From the NCBI GenBank assembly GCA_041917755.1, contig JAYRWY010000016.1, positions 112,866-176,865 on the forward strand: a stretch of 64,000 bases of DNA, written 5' to 3'. Source of the DNA: Alphaproteobacteria bacterium. Lineage in GTDB: Bacteria > Pseudomonadota > Alphaproteobacteria > UBA9219 > RGZA01. The notes beneath the pieces are model-generated. The model saw only the letters and a list, made by a program, of their open reading frames with translations, searched no databases and was not told the origin of the DNA. A program made the position numbers and the translations under genes. How positions within the stretch are numbered: the stretch's first letter is position 1; the number at the start of each line of letters is the position of its first letter. Shown in pieces: positions 49,141 through 59,538 of the stretch.

Positions 49141-49329
49141 TTACTGATGGTCTGCTTTATCGAGCACGTTGCGTACCAAGACGCCCAGACACAACAAGGA
49201 CAATCCGAATAACACCAAGCCAAACGCGTATGCGTCCTGGGTGCCACCCTTGGCGGCTACAAAAAGGCCAGCTAAAGATACGATGCATAACATAGCGCCA
49301 AGCAGCCAGTTTACTAAACCTTGCAACAT
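49141..49329 (-). CDS. Small two-TM membrane protein (62 aa)
   Basis: AAGAGG SD before the ATG at 49329, followed by two hydrophobic helices. Confidence 0.65.
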   Translation of the reverse strand: MLQGLVNWLLGAMLCIVSLAGLFVAAKGGTQDAYAFGLVLFGLSLLCLGVLVRNVLDKADHQ

Positions 49330-49539
49330 GAGGGGCCTCTTAATCATTGAAGTGTTAATTTTTGAGACCTGTTTTATGACGCAAAAGGCCTTTTCCGGCA
49401 AGGCCTTACCTAAGCAAGCATATCGATCAAGATAAACTATTGACTTGGGGGCTGTTTTTCCTCTACAAACCCTCACTTCAGCGCCATGTTTTGGCAGCTG
49501 TCACCATGTATTAAGTTTGAGTTTTTAGGAGTTCGCGGA

Positions 49540-49674
49540 ATGAAACGTACATATCAACCAAGTCGCTTAGTTCGTAAGCGCCGCCACGGTTTCCGCGCAC
49601 GTATGGCCACCAAGAACGGTCGCCGCGTTATTTCAGCACGCCGTGCGCAAGGCCGCGCCAAGCTTGCTGCTTAA
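49540..49674 (+). CDS. rpmH: 50S ribosomal protein L34
   Basis: [24 protein letters not shown]. Confidence 0.99.
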   Translation: MKRTYQPSRLVRKRRHGFRARMATKNGRRVISARRAQGRAKLAA

Positions 49675-49682
49675 TTGTTCAG

Positions 49683-50033
49683 TTGAACGCGACCAATCAT
49701 CCAAAACAAAATCGTCTACTGTCTAGAAGTGACTTTTTGCGTGTTGCAGCAAGCGGTATTCGTTTTGTTGCGCCGGGATTTGTCTTGCAAAAGGCCAAAG
49801 AAGAATCAGCCCTTCCCCGCTACGGGCTGACCGCCACCAAAAAGCTGGGCAATGCCGTTATACGCAACCGCGCCCGCAGACGGCTTCGCTCCCTTGCAGA
49901 ACAACATTTAATACCCCATGCACAAGCGTTTGATTTTGTTTTGGTTGCGCGCGAAGCAATTTCCAGCAGACCCTATGAACAATTGATTGCCGACCTGGAA
50001 AAAGCGCTTAAGGTTTTGAAGTGTCAAAAATAA
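49683..50033 (+). CDS. rnpA: RNase P protein component
   Basis: GLTATKKLGNAVIRNRARRRLR (RNR motif). Confidence 0.96.
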   Translation: MNATNHPKQNRLLSRSDFLRVAASGIRFVAPGFVLQKAKEESALPRYGLTATKKLGNAVIRNRARRRLRSLAEQHLIPHAQAFDFVLVAREAISSRPYEQLIADLEKALKVLKCQK

Positions 50034-50329
50034 AGCCGCTTGAGCTATTAGAGTATATTATTGCCACCATCATGATTGGTGTTGTTCAGCTTTACCGCTG
50101 GACGCTGTCGCCCCTTATTGGGCGCTTCTGCCGATTTCAGCCCACTTGCTCGGTTTATACCCTTGAAGCCATTAAGGTTCATGGGCCATGGACAGGTGGG
50201 TGGCTGGGTGTTAAACGAATTTGCCGCTGTCATCCGGCAGGTGGTTTTGGGTTTGATCCCGTGCCGCCGCATGTTAAGAAGCGTGCACAAACCAGTGACA
50301 ATACAGGGTCATCCCCGCAACCAAAGTAG
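50021..50329 (+). CDS. yidD: Membrane protein insertion efficiency factor
   Basis: YRWTLSP, CRFQPTCSVY, RICRCHP, GFDPVP. Confidence 0.95.
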   Translation: MSKIKPLELLEYIIATIMIGVVQLYRWTLSPLIGRFCRFQPTCSVYTLEAIKVHGPWTGGWLGVKRICRCHPAGGFGFDPVPPHVKKRAQTSDNTGSSPQPK

Positions 50330-50338
50330 TTCCCCGCC

Positions 50339-52045
50339 ATGAATGATAATACGAATTTTTTCCTAGCTATCGGCCTTTCCATCATGATCTTGATGGGGTT
50401 CCACTGGTTCTATGAAGTGCCCAAGCAACGTGCCGCGCAAGCCCAAGCTCAAGCCAGCGCGATTATTGAAAAAGCACAGCCTGCGGTTGAAGCCATCATC
50501 GCGCCAAAGCAACGCAGCGAAGCGATCGCCTCCAGCAAGCGTGTTACATTGGAAAACAAGAATCTGCATGGTTCAATTAACTTAAAGGGTGGCCGATTTG
50601 ATGACATCACGCTTATCCGCTACCGTGAAACAGCCGATAAGAACAGCCCGGAAATCGTTTTGCTTTCCCCTACCGGAAGCAATGAAGAACATCCCGCATA
50701 CTATGCTGAACTAGGATGGTTAGGCACAGACGAAAAAATCAAACTGCCTACGGCGGATACCGAATGGCAAGCCGATGTATCGAAACTGACGCCTGATAAA
50801 GCGCTGATCCTTCGTTGGGATAACGGCCAGGGATTGAAGTTTGAACGCAGCATCAGCCTTGACGATGATTATCTTTTTACAGTGACCGAAAAAGTAACCA
50901 ATACATCAGGACAAGATGTCACCCTGGTTCCGTTTGGCCTTGTATCACGCCATGGCTTGCCAAAAAACCGTCCTGCGCAGCAAACATCGCATGAAGGATT
51001 AACCGGCGTATTAGACGGACAGTTGCGCGAAAAGGATTATAACAAACTTAAAGATGATCCATTGACCAGCTATACCAGCAAGGGTGGCTGGGTTGGGATG
51101 GCCGATGTGTATTGGTTTACCGGCATCATTCCAGACCAAAACGATAATCTGACAGCACGATTTGTGTACAGCGAAGTAAATAACCAGAAGCGTTATCAAA
51201 CCGATGTGAAGAGCGACCCCGTGACCTTGGCGTCAGGCAATAGCACCAGCAAAACCTACCACGTATTTGCAGGCGCAAAAGAAGTGAGCGCACTTGAACA
51301 CTATGGTGAGGCCTTAAAAGTTCCAATGTTTGATAAGGCCGTCGATTTTGGCTGGTTCTATATCATTGCCAAGCCATTCTTTTATGTCATTGATTGGCTC
51401 GGTAAAACATTAGGTAATTATGGTTTGGCAATTATCGCCTTCACCATTTTGTTGCGTTTAGTGTTCTTCCCGCTTTCGGAAAGCTCCTATCGTTCGATGG
51501 CGCGCATGAAGGAACTGCAGCCAGAAATGACACGCCTGAAAGAGCGTTATGGCAACGACCCTGTAAAAATGAACGAGGAAGTGGCCAAGCTTTACCAGAA
51601 GGAAAAAATCAATCCGCTCTCTGGCTGCTTGCCGATTTTGATTCAAATTCCGGTGTTCTTTGCACTCTATAAAGTATTGCTGGTTAGCATCGAAATGCGT
51701 CATGCACCATTCTATGGATGGATTCATGATTTATCTGCGCCGGATCCATCAAACATCTTCACCTTATTTGGCTTATTGCCATTCGAGGCGCCATCCTTCC
51801 TGCACCTCGGTGCATGGCCGTTATTGATGGGTGCCACGATGTTCATTCAACAAAAATTGACGCCGCCGCAGGCTGATAAAACCACGCAGCAAGTGTTTAT
51901 GTTGATGCCCATCATGTTTACGTTCCTGTTCGCCAGTATGTCGGCAGGATTGGTGATATACTGGACGCTTAGCAACGTTCTTGCTATTGCGCAGCAAACC
52001 CTTATCAAGCATCGCAGCGACAAAGCTGCGGTCGCGAAATCGTAA
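50339..52045 (+). CDS. yidC: Membrane protein insertase YidC
   Basis: DFGWF, YRSMARMK, NPLSGCLPILIQIPVF, GLVIYW. Confidence 0.98.
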   Translation: MNDNTNFFLAIGLSIMILMGFHWFYEVPKQRAAQAQAQASAIIEKAQPAVEAIIAPKQRSEAIASSKRVTLENKNLHGSINLKGGRFDDITLIRYRETADKNSPEIVLLSPTGSNEEHPAYYAELGWLGTDEKIKLPTADTEWQADVSKLTPDKALILRWDNGQGLKFERSISLDDDYLFTVTEKVTNTSGQDVTLVPFGLVSRHGLPKNRPAQQTSHEGLTGVLDGQLREKDYNKLKDDPLTSYTSKGGWVGMADVYWFTGIIPDQNDNLTARFVYSEVNNQKRYQTDVKSDPVTLASGNSTSKTYHVFAGAKEVSALEHYGEALKVPMFDKAVDFGWFYIIAKPFFYVIDWLGKTLGNYGLAIIAFTILLRLVFFPLSESSYRSMARMKELQPEMTRLKERYGNDPVKMNEEVAKLYQKEKINPLSGCLPILIQIPVFFALYKVLLVSIEMRHAPFYGWIHDLSAPDPSNIFTLFGLLPFEAPSFLHLGAWPLLMGATMFIQQKLTPPQADKTTQQVFMLMPIMFTFLFASMSAGLVIYWTLSNVLAIAQQTLIKHRSDKAAVAKS

Positions 52046-52671
52046 TGGCCAGCATTAGCACACCCAAGAAAGCAGAAGCCTTTTTCACCGGTAATTGTGT
52101 GTTTGCCGCGGGTGCGCCATCGCCTGAATCATTGCCCGCCGAACACTTTCCGGAGATTGCATTCATCGGCCGATCGAATGTCGGCAAATCCAGCTTGGTG
52201 AATGCGATTACGGGTAAAGATACACTAGCCCGTGTATCCAACACGCCCGGCCGCACGCAGCAACTAAACTTCTTTCGTCTTGGCGACCGGATGATGTTGG
52301 TGGATATGCCGGGCTATGGGTATGCCAAGGCATCTAAAGATGCTATTTACGAATGGAATGCATTGATTGATGCATATCTTAAAGATCGTGGGACATTAAA
52401 GCGGCTTTGCCTGCTGATTGATGCACGCCATGGCATCAAAGAAAACGACCGCGAATTTATGCATAAGCTGCACGTCTATGCCGTGCCGTTTGTCACCATC
52501 ATCACCAAAATCGATAAAGTCAAAAAGACCGAGCTGGCTGACGTAAAAGCCAGCGTTGAGGCCGAGATTAAAAAAATTGGCCCGGCGTGGCCGACCGCCT
52601 TCCTTACCAGTTCGGAAAAGGGAATTGGAATTGACGAAGTACGCCTGTTTTTGGCCCAATATGTGGACTAA
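52045..52671 (+). CDS. engB: Ribosome biogenesis GTPase YihA/EngB
   Basis: GRSNVGKSS, TPGRT, DMPGYG, TKID. Confidence 0.96.
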   Translation: MASISTPKKAEAFFTGNCVFAAGAPSPESLPAEHFPEIAFIGRSNVGKSSLVNAITGKDTLARVSNTPGRTQQLNFFRLGDRMMLVDMPGYGYAKASKDAIYEWNALIDAYLKDRGTLKRLCLLIDARHGIKENDREFMHKLHVYAVPFVTIITKIDKVKKTELADVKASVEAEIKKIGPAWPTAFLTSSEKGIGIDEVRLFLAQYVD

Positions 52672-52732
52672 CTTTCTGCTTTAAGCGCGACGCAGCGGTG
52701 ATATAATCGCCGCTCACTTAAGGAAACAGGTA

Positions 52733-53605
52733 ATGATTAATACACAAAATCCAAGCATGGAAGAATGGGGCAGCATTGCCCGTATTTTAGCCGAAGCGCT
52801 ACCCTTTCTGCGGCGTTATCGCGGCCAATGCTTTGTAATCAAATATGGCGGCCACGCGATGGACGACAACGCAACCGCATTGCGGTTTGCGCGCGATATC
52901 GTGTTGCTCAAGCAAGTTGGTATTAACCCCGTGATTGTTCACGGCGGCGGCCCGCAAATTGATGCGTTCCTTAAAAAGCTGAATATCCAAAGCACCTTTA
53001 AAAACGGTTTGCGCGTGACCGATGCCGCCACTATGGAAGTGGTTGAAATGGTATTGGCCGGTAAGGTGAATAAGGAACTGGTGCAGTCCATCAGCAATGC
53101 TGGTGGTGTTGCGCTTGGCCTCACAGGTAAAGACGGCAATCTGGTGCAGGCCCGCAAGATTACACCCGATGGCGTTGATTTAGGATTGGTGGGTGAACCG
53201 GTAAAAATCAACACTTACATTTTGAAAAAGATTTTGGAAGAAGATGGCATTCCTGTTATCGCGCCGATTGGCGTGGATGAAAATGGCCAGACTTTAAACA
53301 TCAATGCCGATACGTTGGCAGGTGCGATTGCATCAGCGCTTGGCGCGGTGCGCTTTATGCTGCTAACGGATGTGGCAGGTTTTCTTGATAAAAATGGCCA
53401 ATTGGTGCCAGAAATGACGATCGCGGAAACCGAAAAAGCCATTGCAGAAGGTGTCGCCAAAGGCGGGATGATACCCAAACTGCAAACCTGCATTTCAGCA
53501 GTACGTGGCGGGGTAAAAGGCGCAGTAATATTGAATGGAAAAGACCCGCACAGCGTTCTTTTGGAACTGCTGACGCCCAAGGGTAATGGAACACTGATTA
53601 GCTAA
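52733..53605 (+). CDS. argB: Acetylglutamate kinase
   Basis: VIKYGGHAM, VHGGGPQI, GLRVTD, NINAD, GGMIPK. Confidence 0.98.
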   Translation: MINTQNPSMEEWGSIARILAEALPFLRRYRGQCFVIKYGGHAMDDNATALRFARDIVLLKQVGINPVIVHGGGPQIDAFLKKLNIQSTFKNGLRVTDAATMEVVEMVLAGKVNKELVQSISNAGGVALGLTGKDGNLVQARKITPDGVDLGLVGEPVKINTYILKKILEEDGIPVIAPIGVDENGQTLNINADTLAGAIASALGAVRFMLLTDVAGFLDKNGQLVPEMTIAETEKAIAEGVAKGGMIPKLQTCISAVRGGVKGAVILNGKDPHSVLLELLTPKGNGTLIS

Positions 53606-54283
53606 ATGCCGACACCGCTACGCGACATTCGCTGCTGGATTTTCGATCTCGATAACACGCTGTATTCTCCAGATAGCAACCTCTTCCCTCAGATTCATGA
53701 GCGCATGGGGTTATATCTGATGGAATATTTCAAGATTGACCGTGAAGCCGCGCACGATATGCGCTTTCACTATTTCAAGAAATACGGCACCACCATGCGC
53801 GGCATGATGACCGAGCACAAGATTGATCCACATGAATTTATGGAATACGTCCATAATGTGGAGCTGAGTGATATTGGCCCCTGCCCCAAAATTTCTGCGC
53901 TATTTGATAAATTGCAGGGTCGCAAGTTTATCTTTACCAACGCCGATCACCGGCATGCCAATCGTATTTTGAACCATTTGCAATTGCGTCATCACTTTGA
54001 GGCAATTTTTGATATCGCGGATGGCGAGTTTGTATGCAAGCCGGAAGTTGGTCCATACGAAACCTTGTTGCAGCGTTATAACCTTAAAGCCAGTGAATGC
54101 TGTATGATTGACGATATGCAGGTTAATTTGAAGGCAGCTGCTGAATTAGGTATGACCACCGTATGGATGCGCCATGAGGCAGAATGGCTGCGAACCAAGC
54201 CCCAATCGCCTGAACACTATCCACATTGCCATCATGTGATAAATGATTTAACACTTTTTCTAGAGCACATTACGGAACAGTAA
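53606..54283 (+). CDS. HAD-family pyrimidine 5'-nucleotidase
   Basis: [25 protein letters not shown]. Confidence 0.9.
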   Translation: MPTPLRDIRCWIFDLDNTLYSPDSNLFPQIHERMGLYLMEYFKIDREAAHDMRFHYFKKYGTTMRGMMTEHKIDPHEFMEYVHNVELSDIGPCPKISALFDKLQGRKFIFTNADHRHANRILNHLQLRHHFEAIFDIADGEFVCKPEVGPYETLLQRYNLKASECCMIDDMQVNLKAAAELGMTTVWMRHEAEWLRTKPQSPEHYPHCHHVINDLTLFLEHITEQ

Positions 54284-54284
54284 G

Positions 54285-55136
54285 ATGAACACGATTAAAC
54301 CCGAAGAACTCCAAGGCCTGATTGAAGAAGCATGGGAAAACCGCGACGCGATTAAGCCGCGCGAAGATACCCGTTACCGTTATGCGGTGATTCAGGTTTT
54401 AAACGACCTTGATAAGGGCGTACGCCGCGTATGCGAAAAAACAGATGGTAAATGGATTACCCATCAATGGATCAAGAAAGCTATTTTGCTTTCTTTCCGC
54501 GTGAATGATAGCGTGCGCATTGCAGGCGGCCCTGGCGGCGCATCATGGTATGATAAAGTACCAAGCAAGTTCCAGCATTGGAGCGAAGATACATTTGCTA
54601 AATCCGGTTTCCGCGCAGTACCCAACGCGATTGTTCGCCATTCTGCATTTATTGCGCCAGGCGCAGTGTTAATGCCATCCTTTGTAAATGTTGGCGCCTA
54701 TGTAGGTGAAGGCACGATGGTAGACACATGGTCCACTATCGGTTCATGCGCACAAATTGGCCGTAACGTGCACGTATCGGGTGGTGTAGGCATTGGCGGC
54801 GTGTTGGAGCCGTTGCAGGCCAACCCTGTTATCATTGAAGATGATTGCTTTATTGGTGCACGCAGTGAAGTTGCCGAAGGCGTAATTGTTGAACGCGGCG
54901 CAGTTATTTCTATGGGTGTATTCCTTGGTGCATCAACCAAAATCATCGACCGCGAAACGGGCGAAGTGTTTATGGGCCGCGTGCCAAGCTATTCGGTGGT
55001 TGTTCCAGGTACATTACCAGGCAAGCCGATGAAAGACGGTTCACCAGGGTTGTCATTATCATGCGCGGTGATTGTAAAGCGCGTGGACGAAAAGACGCGC
55101 TCCAAGACATCCATCAACGAATTACTTCGCGATTAA
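54285..55136 (+). CDS. dapD: Tetrahydrodipicolinate N-succinyltransferase
   Basis: [37 protein letters not shown]. Confidence 0.98.
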   Translation: MNTIKPEELQGLIEEAWENRDAIKPREDTRYRYAVIQVLNDLDKGVRRVCEKTDGKWITHQWIKKAILLSFRVNDSVRIAGGPGGASWYDKVPSKFQHWSEDTFAKSGFRAVPNAIVRHSAFIAPGAVLMPSFVNVGAYVGEGTMVDTWSTIGSCAQIGRNVHVSGGVGIGGVLEPLQANPVIIEDDCFIGARSEVAEGVIVERGAVISMGVFLGASTKIIDRETGEVFMGRVPSYSVVVPGTLPGKPMKDGSPGLSLSCAVIVKRVDEKTRSKTSINELLRD

Positions 55137-56021
55137 TCAGCTTTCATCAACGCCTAGATAAAACCATTCCTGCCCAACAGGGCAATCGGCATGGGGCAAT
55201 ACGATGCGTCCGGTAAATGGCGCTGGGATTTGTTCGCCGTCTTCAAAGGTGGCAATCAATTCACCCTGCTTGATTTCATCCAGATGTTTCCATGGCTTGG
55301 CGTAACTGCCTACGCGCTGCTTATAAAACAGCTTTTTAATACGGGTGCGGCGCAGATTTCCTTCACGCGGTGGGACTGATAATTGGGCAATGCCGAGATA
55401 AGCGAGTGCACCTTCAATTGCGCGAATGGCAACCGGAACAGCCGTTGCATCCAAATGCTGGCCGCATTCAATGGTAGTAGCAATAGCACCATGAGCGCGG
55501 GCATATTCGGTTGTGCCAACGGATTCAATCGGATCAATCTTCACGCCGCTGGCTGCATAGGCTTCGGACCAGCCATAAATCACATGATTGAGACCAAGTG
55601 ATGCAATAAAGGGTTCTTCGCGGTCACGTAATTCATCGCCGCCACGAAATGCAAATGCAGGACCACCAGCACGGTAGGAATGGATATCCAGCAATACGTC
55701 GCATTCTTCGAGGAGAACCGCCAACTCGTTCATCAGGAATTCTTCATACGCCTTGGGTTCTGCGCGCTTGGTCAATGCACGGTTTAGATTGCGGTCGATA
55801 AAACGTTTGTTTTCGGCGTAGGCACGCGGATTGCAGATGGGCACAAAGGTAACTGTACCCGCCTGCATCTGAATCTTTCCGGAATTAAACAAGCCAAGGA
55901 TATGGTCGATGGCAGCAGGGCCGCAGACTTCATTGCCATGAACACCGCCCAGCACCAAAAGGTGCGGGCCTGGTTTGGATGAAGTGAAGACTACAGGGCT
56001 TAAAGCATGGGTATTGGACAT
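55137..56021 (-). CDS. Succinylglutamate desuccinylase/aspartoacylase family zinc hydrolase
   Basis: GGVHGNE, RNLNR, LDIHS, TIECG. Confidence 0.88.
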   Translation of the reverse strand: MSNTHALSPVVFTSSKPGPHLLVLGGVHGNEVCGPAAIDHILGLFNSGKIQMQAGTVTFVPICNPRAYAENKRFIDRNLNRALTKRAEPKAYEEFLMNELAVLLEECDVLLDIHSYRAGGPAFAFRGGDELRDREEPFIASLGLNHVIYGWSEAYAASGVKIDPIESVGTTEYARAHGAIATTIECGQHLDATAVPVAIRAIEGALAYLGIAQLSVPPREGNLRRTRIKKLFYKQRVGSYAKPWKHLDEIKQGELIATFEDGEQIPAPFTGRIVLPHADCPVGQEWFYLGVDES

Positions 56022-56074
56022 GCGCTGATTATAACGGCATCAGCACATCGGTCTAGCCCTTGAAAGAAGATTAT

Positions 56075-56464
56075 TTATACTTTTCCGGAAATACGACGTA
56101 AATCGCTGGAAAGTTCGGCAGAACGAATATGGGAAATAGCCCAGATATCCTGTTCACGGATTAAATCAATCAAACGATGGCTGCACACAATCATCACCTG
56201 CCCCATGGCCGTGGCAGAGACACTGGAAAGTTCGTTGGAGAGATTATCATTCTTTACCCAGTCACGAAGGACTTGAATAAATTCATGTGCCGCGTGGCAG
56301 CGGATTTCGTTCATCAATACGCGTGATGCTTCGCGATTTTCCGGAACATGAAGCTCGATGAAATAACGGCTGTAAGTTGGCTTCTTGGCCGTTGATACAA
56401 CAGGCGCAGCATTAGCAGTTACGGCTGTTTGTTTTTGTTCGTCTGGTAAAATGGCTTCAATCAT
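56075..56464 (-). CDS. Hypothetical protein (129 aa)
   Basis: Fills the gap between the desuccinylase and the divergent promoter region. No motif recognised. Confidence 0.7.
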   Translation of the reverse strand: MIEAILPDEQKQTAVTANAAPVVSTAKKPTYSRYFIELHVPENREASRVLMNEIRCHAAHEFIQVLRDWVKNDNLSNELSSVSATAMGQVMIVCSHRLIDLIREQDIWAISHIRSAELSSDLRRISGKV

Positions 56465-56512
56465 TACAGTTTGCCTAAAATTTTATATATGCCTAGAATA
56501 CAGGCAGGCAAC

Positions 56513-56552
56513 TTAAAAAATGTTTAAGTTCATATACTTAACAGATTATTAA
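56513..56552. promoter_or_regulatory. Two tandem CtrA-type TTAA-N7-TTAA boxes (56513-56527, 56538-56552)
   Basis: TTAA-AAAATGT-TTAA and TTAA-CAGATTA-TTAA in the 134-bp divergent gap. Confidence 0.6.
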
Positions 56553-56598
56553 AATAGAATCCGGGTTTACTTTCTCCTTTGATATCAACCACCCACCT

Positions 56599-57162
56599 AT
56601 GAACGAAACGCAGCAAAAAAAAATAAGGCTCAGAAAGCCAAAACCGCTCAACAAGGAACGGTTGGAATTCTTGGCGCTGCGTTACATCACGCGTTATGCG
56701 TCAACGCGCGGAATGCTTGCACGGGTATTACAACGCCATATTGATAAAGCAGCCTATGCGGACGCCAATCTTGTCAAAAGTGAGGCGGAGCGTTGGAAAG
56801 AAAATATCCTCAATCGCTATGAAGAAAAAAACTGGATCAATGATGGTGATTTAGCCAAACGGTTTATTGAGCACGCCCAGCACGCCGGATTATCCAGCCA
56901 GAAGATGCAACAAAAGCTGTTGCATAAAGGTGTATCCAAACATCTGATTAAAGAAAAAATTCTGGAAACACTTGAAGATCAGAGCGTGGACGAGATGGAT
57001 TTGAAATCTGCGCAGGTATTTGCCAAAAAAAAGAAGCTTGGCATCTACCGTACCAGCAAAGATGCAGACCCCAAGAAAGAATTGGCCAAAATGTGCCGGG
57101 CGGGCTTTTCATTTGAAACCGCACGCAAAGCGTTAAACGTAACTATCGAGGAAGATGATTAG
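56599..57162 (+). CDS. recX: RecX family regulatory protein
   Basis: ALRYITRYAST, WIND..LA, SSQKMQQKLLHKG, RAGFS. Confidence 0.8.
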   Translation: MNETQQKKIRLRKPKPLNKERLEFLALRYITRYASTRGMLARVLQRHIDKAAYADANLVKSEAERWKENILNRYEEKNWINDGDLAKRFIEHAQHAGLSSQKMQQKLLHKGVSKHLIKEKILETLEDQSVDEMDLKSAQVFAKKKKLGIYRTSKDADPKKELAKMCRAGFSFETARKALNVTIEEDD

Positions 57163-58172
57163 GCCGCTGGCGCTTGCTGGCTGCGCACTAAAAACGCATA
57201 GGCTCGCGCGTAAAATGCCGAAACAAGAGCAAACGCAAATATCATATAAAGCGAACCGATGGTTTTATAAAATAAATGCTCGGCAAATCCTGTTTCAATA
57301 TCCTTGCTAATGGTACCATCCGGCAAGGTGGGCGCCCCCATGTTAATCAGGTAACTTGCCCCTACCACAACGACCATAGTCACAATCGTGACAGGAAAAG
57401 ACATCATGAGGAAACCGAGCATAATACGTCCGGCTTGATGCTTGGTCATTGACCATGACTCTTTTATCGGCGCGTCATAGCGGCCCATCATGGTCAAGGG
57501 GTAGCTCATGGAGAGGCGGGACACGAGATACAACATGAGTACGCAGCCACCAACATACAAGCCTGTGTAGTCGGCCAAGTGAATAGGCTCTCCTTCGGCA
57601 AAACCGGGGATGGATGCCATATAATAACTCATGAGCACCAGCACAATTGGCGCAAGCACGATGCCCGATTTCATGGCAGTTAAGCCAAAGTTCCATTCCA
57701 GCTTTCCGAAATGAAGAAATACAGTGGAGCCCTTTTTCTCGTTAAACAGAAGCTGCTTGTACCATGCAACCGAAAAGGAAAAGATTAATAGTAATTGCAA
57801 AAGGCTTAATCCCATCATGATCATCACATGGGTTGGGTCAACGCGACTGGCTTGTTCCATCGTTGCGTCTTTGGTGACATCAGATGTTGTATTATCGGTT
57901 GGCGCTTTTTCAGATGATTTTTTTTCAGTAGATGGCAAATCCAGTTTGGAAGCATCTACGATTTGACTGGCTTCGACACGCTTTTCAGGATGCACGGAAT
58001 AATAAACTTCACGCTGCACCATTAGCATCGGCAATTCAACAAACAGGACCATCATCAATAAAATGACCCAGATGATCTTTAAAAAGCCGAAAAAATCATT
58101 GCAGACATCGCCATAGGCAGCTTTAACAGTTGCGAGCAATGGAAGCGATAACGGTTGGGTCATATGCCACAC
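57159..58172 (-). CDS. Polytopic membrane protein of unknown function
   Basis: About 6 hydrophobic segments, RLSMSYP, ESWSMTK..AGRI pattern. Confidence 0.75.
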   Translation of the reverse strand: MWHMTQPLSLPLLATVKAAYGDVCNDFFGFLKIIWVILLMMVLFVELPMLMVQREVYYSVHPEKRVEASQIVDASKLDLPSTEKKSSEKAPTDNTTSDVTKDATMEQASRVDPTHVMIMMGLSLLQLLLIFSFSVAWYKQLLFNEKKGSTVFLHFGKLEWNFGLTAMKSGIVLAPIVLVLMSYYMASIPGFAEGEPIHLADYTGLYVGGCVLMLYLVSRLSMSYPLTMMGRYDAPIKESWSMTKHQAGRIMLGFLMMSFPVTIVTMVVVVGASYLINMGAPTLPDGTISKDIETGFAEHLFYKTIGSLYMIFAFALVSAFYARAYAFLVRSQQAPAA

Positions 58173-58271
58173 GAGTAAAAAGTGGTGGAAGCAGGCTGAT
58201 ATTATTCTATGATAATGGACAATGCCCTATTAATTGAAAGCACATTTACCTTAGATTCGAACCTGCCAGCT

Positions 58272-59435
58272 ATGCAACATCATATAATCAAGACATTACA
58301 TGCCATTCAGACCCCTGCCTATGTGGTGGATGAAGCACGCCTTAAGCATAATCTGCAGAGATTGTCGGATATTAAAAAGCAAAGTGGTGCTAAAATCCTG
58401 TTTGCGATAAAGGGCTGCCCATTGATGCCTATCTTCCAGATGATCGGCGATACGTTGGATGGATTTACCGCCAGCGGCGTTTATGAAGCGAGGTTGGCCA
58501 AGGACGGCCATACATCTGGCGAGACAGAAATTCATACGTTTTGTCCAGCCTATAGCGAACAAGAAATTCATGAATTATTGTCGCTACAAAATAACATTCA
58601 CATTTATTTTAATTCATTAGAACAGCTTGGCCGCTTTGCACCTGTCATACGCGCAAAAAGCAAAACCGCAAAAATTGGATTGCGGGTCAACCCCGCCCTA
58701 TCGGTTGCCAAATTTGCCAAATATGACCCATGCCGCGCAGGTTCACATTTTGGTATATCGGTTAGCGAACTTTCAAAAGTTGATTGGGCATTTGTTGATA
58801 CACTCCATGTTCATGCCTTGTGCGAAAACATGGCGGAAGAATCCGCAAAGCTCATCAATCATGTTGGGCAATACCTCAAAGAATATTTGCCATATGTGAA
58901 AACAGTAAATTTCGGGGGCGGTCATTTTATGACCCATACCGATTACAAAGTAGATGTGCTTATTCGTGCGCTAAACCAATTTAAACAAACTTACCCGCAT
59001 ATCACGCCTGTGCTGGAGCCCGGCGCAGCCGTTGTGTATGATGCCGGATATCTGGTCTCCACTGTTTTGGGATTGCAGGACAATGAAGGAACAAGGAATG
59101 TGGTGCTCGATGCCTCGGCCAATGCCCACGTGCCAGATGTGATGAAGGCAGGCATAAGATTGCCGGTGATGGGCGAAAGCGAACATGGCCCTAATGCCTA
59201 TACCTTTGTATCCCGTACTTGCATGGCACGGGATGTGTGGGGTGAATATGCGTTTGATAAGCCATTGTCGGTTGGCGACAAGGTGGTGTTTTTAGACGGG
59301 TTGCAATACTCGCTGGGTGAGGCAAACTGGTTTAACGGGCACCCAAGGCCGGATCTGGCTATCCTGCTCCAATCGGGCGAATACCGCATTTGGAGGCATT
59401 TTAGCTATGCTGATTTCAAGCAGAATTACAGCTAA
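58272..59435 (+). CDS. nspC: Carboxy(nor)spermidine decarboxylase
   Basis: TPAYVVD, LFAIKG, ASGVYEA, YDPC..GSHFG, HVHALCE, NFGGGH, WFNG. Adjacent to the dehydrogenase; start is uncertain. Confidence 0.88.
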   Translation: MQHHIIKTLHAIQTPAYVVDEARLKHNLQRLSDIKKQSGAKILFAIKGCPLMPIFQMIGDTLDGFTASGVYEARLAKDGHTSGETEIHTFCPAYSEQEIHELLSLQNNIHIYFNSLEQLGRFAPVIRAKSKTAKIGLRVNPALSVAKFAKYDPCRAGSHFGISVSELSKVDWAFVDTLHVHALCENMAEESAKLINHVGQYLKEYLPYVKTVNFGGGHFMTHTDYKVDVLIRALNQFKQTYPHITPVLEPGAAVVYDAGYLVSTVLGLQDNEGTRNVVLDASANAHVPDVMKAGIRLPVMGESEHGPNAYTFVSRTCMARDVWGEYAFDKPLSVGDKVVFLDGLQYSLGEANWFNGHPRPDLAILLQSGEYRIWRHFSYADFKQNYS

Positions 59436-59538
59436 TTAGCCTGGCCCTAAAACACATTGTTTTTCCCAAAACAGCTGATATGTTTCGTGGATGTGATGGC
59501 TTTTTGGCCATCGGCAGCCCTTACTAGTGGAGTGTTGA

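Noticed and set aside
49330-49539. Possible oriC beside rpmH
   Set aside because: No dnaA is adjacent and I saw no DnaA-box cluster. The region is explained by divergent promoters (TTGACT near 49441).
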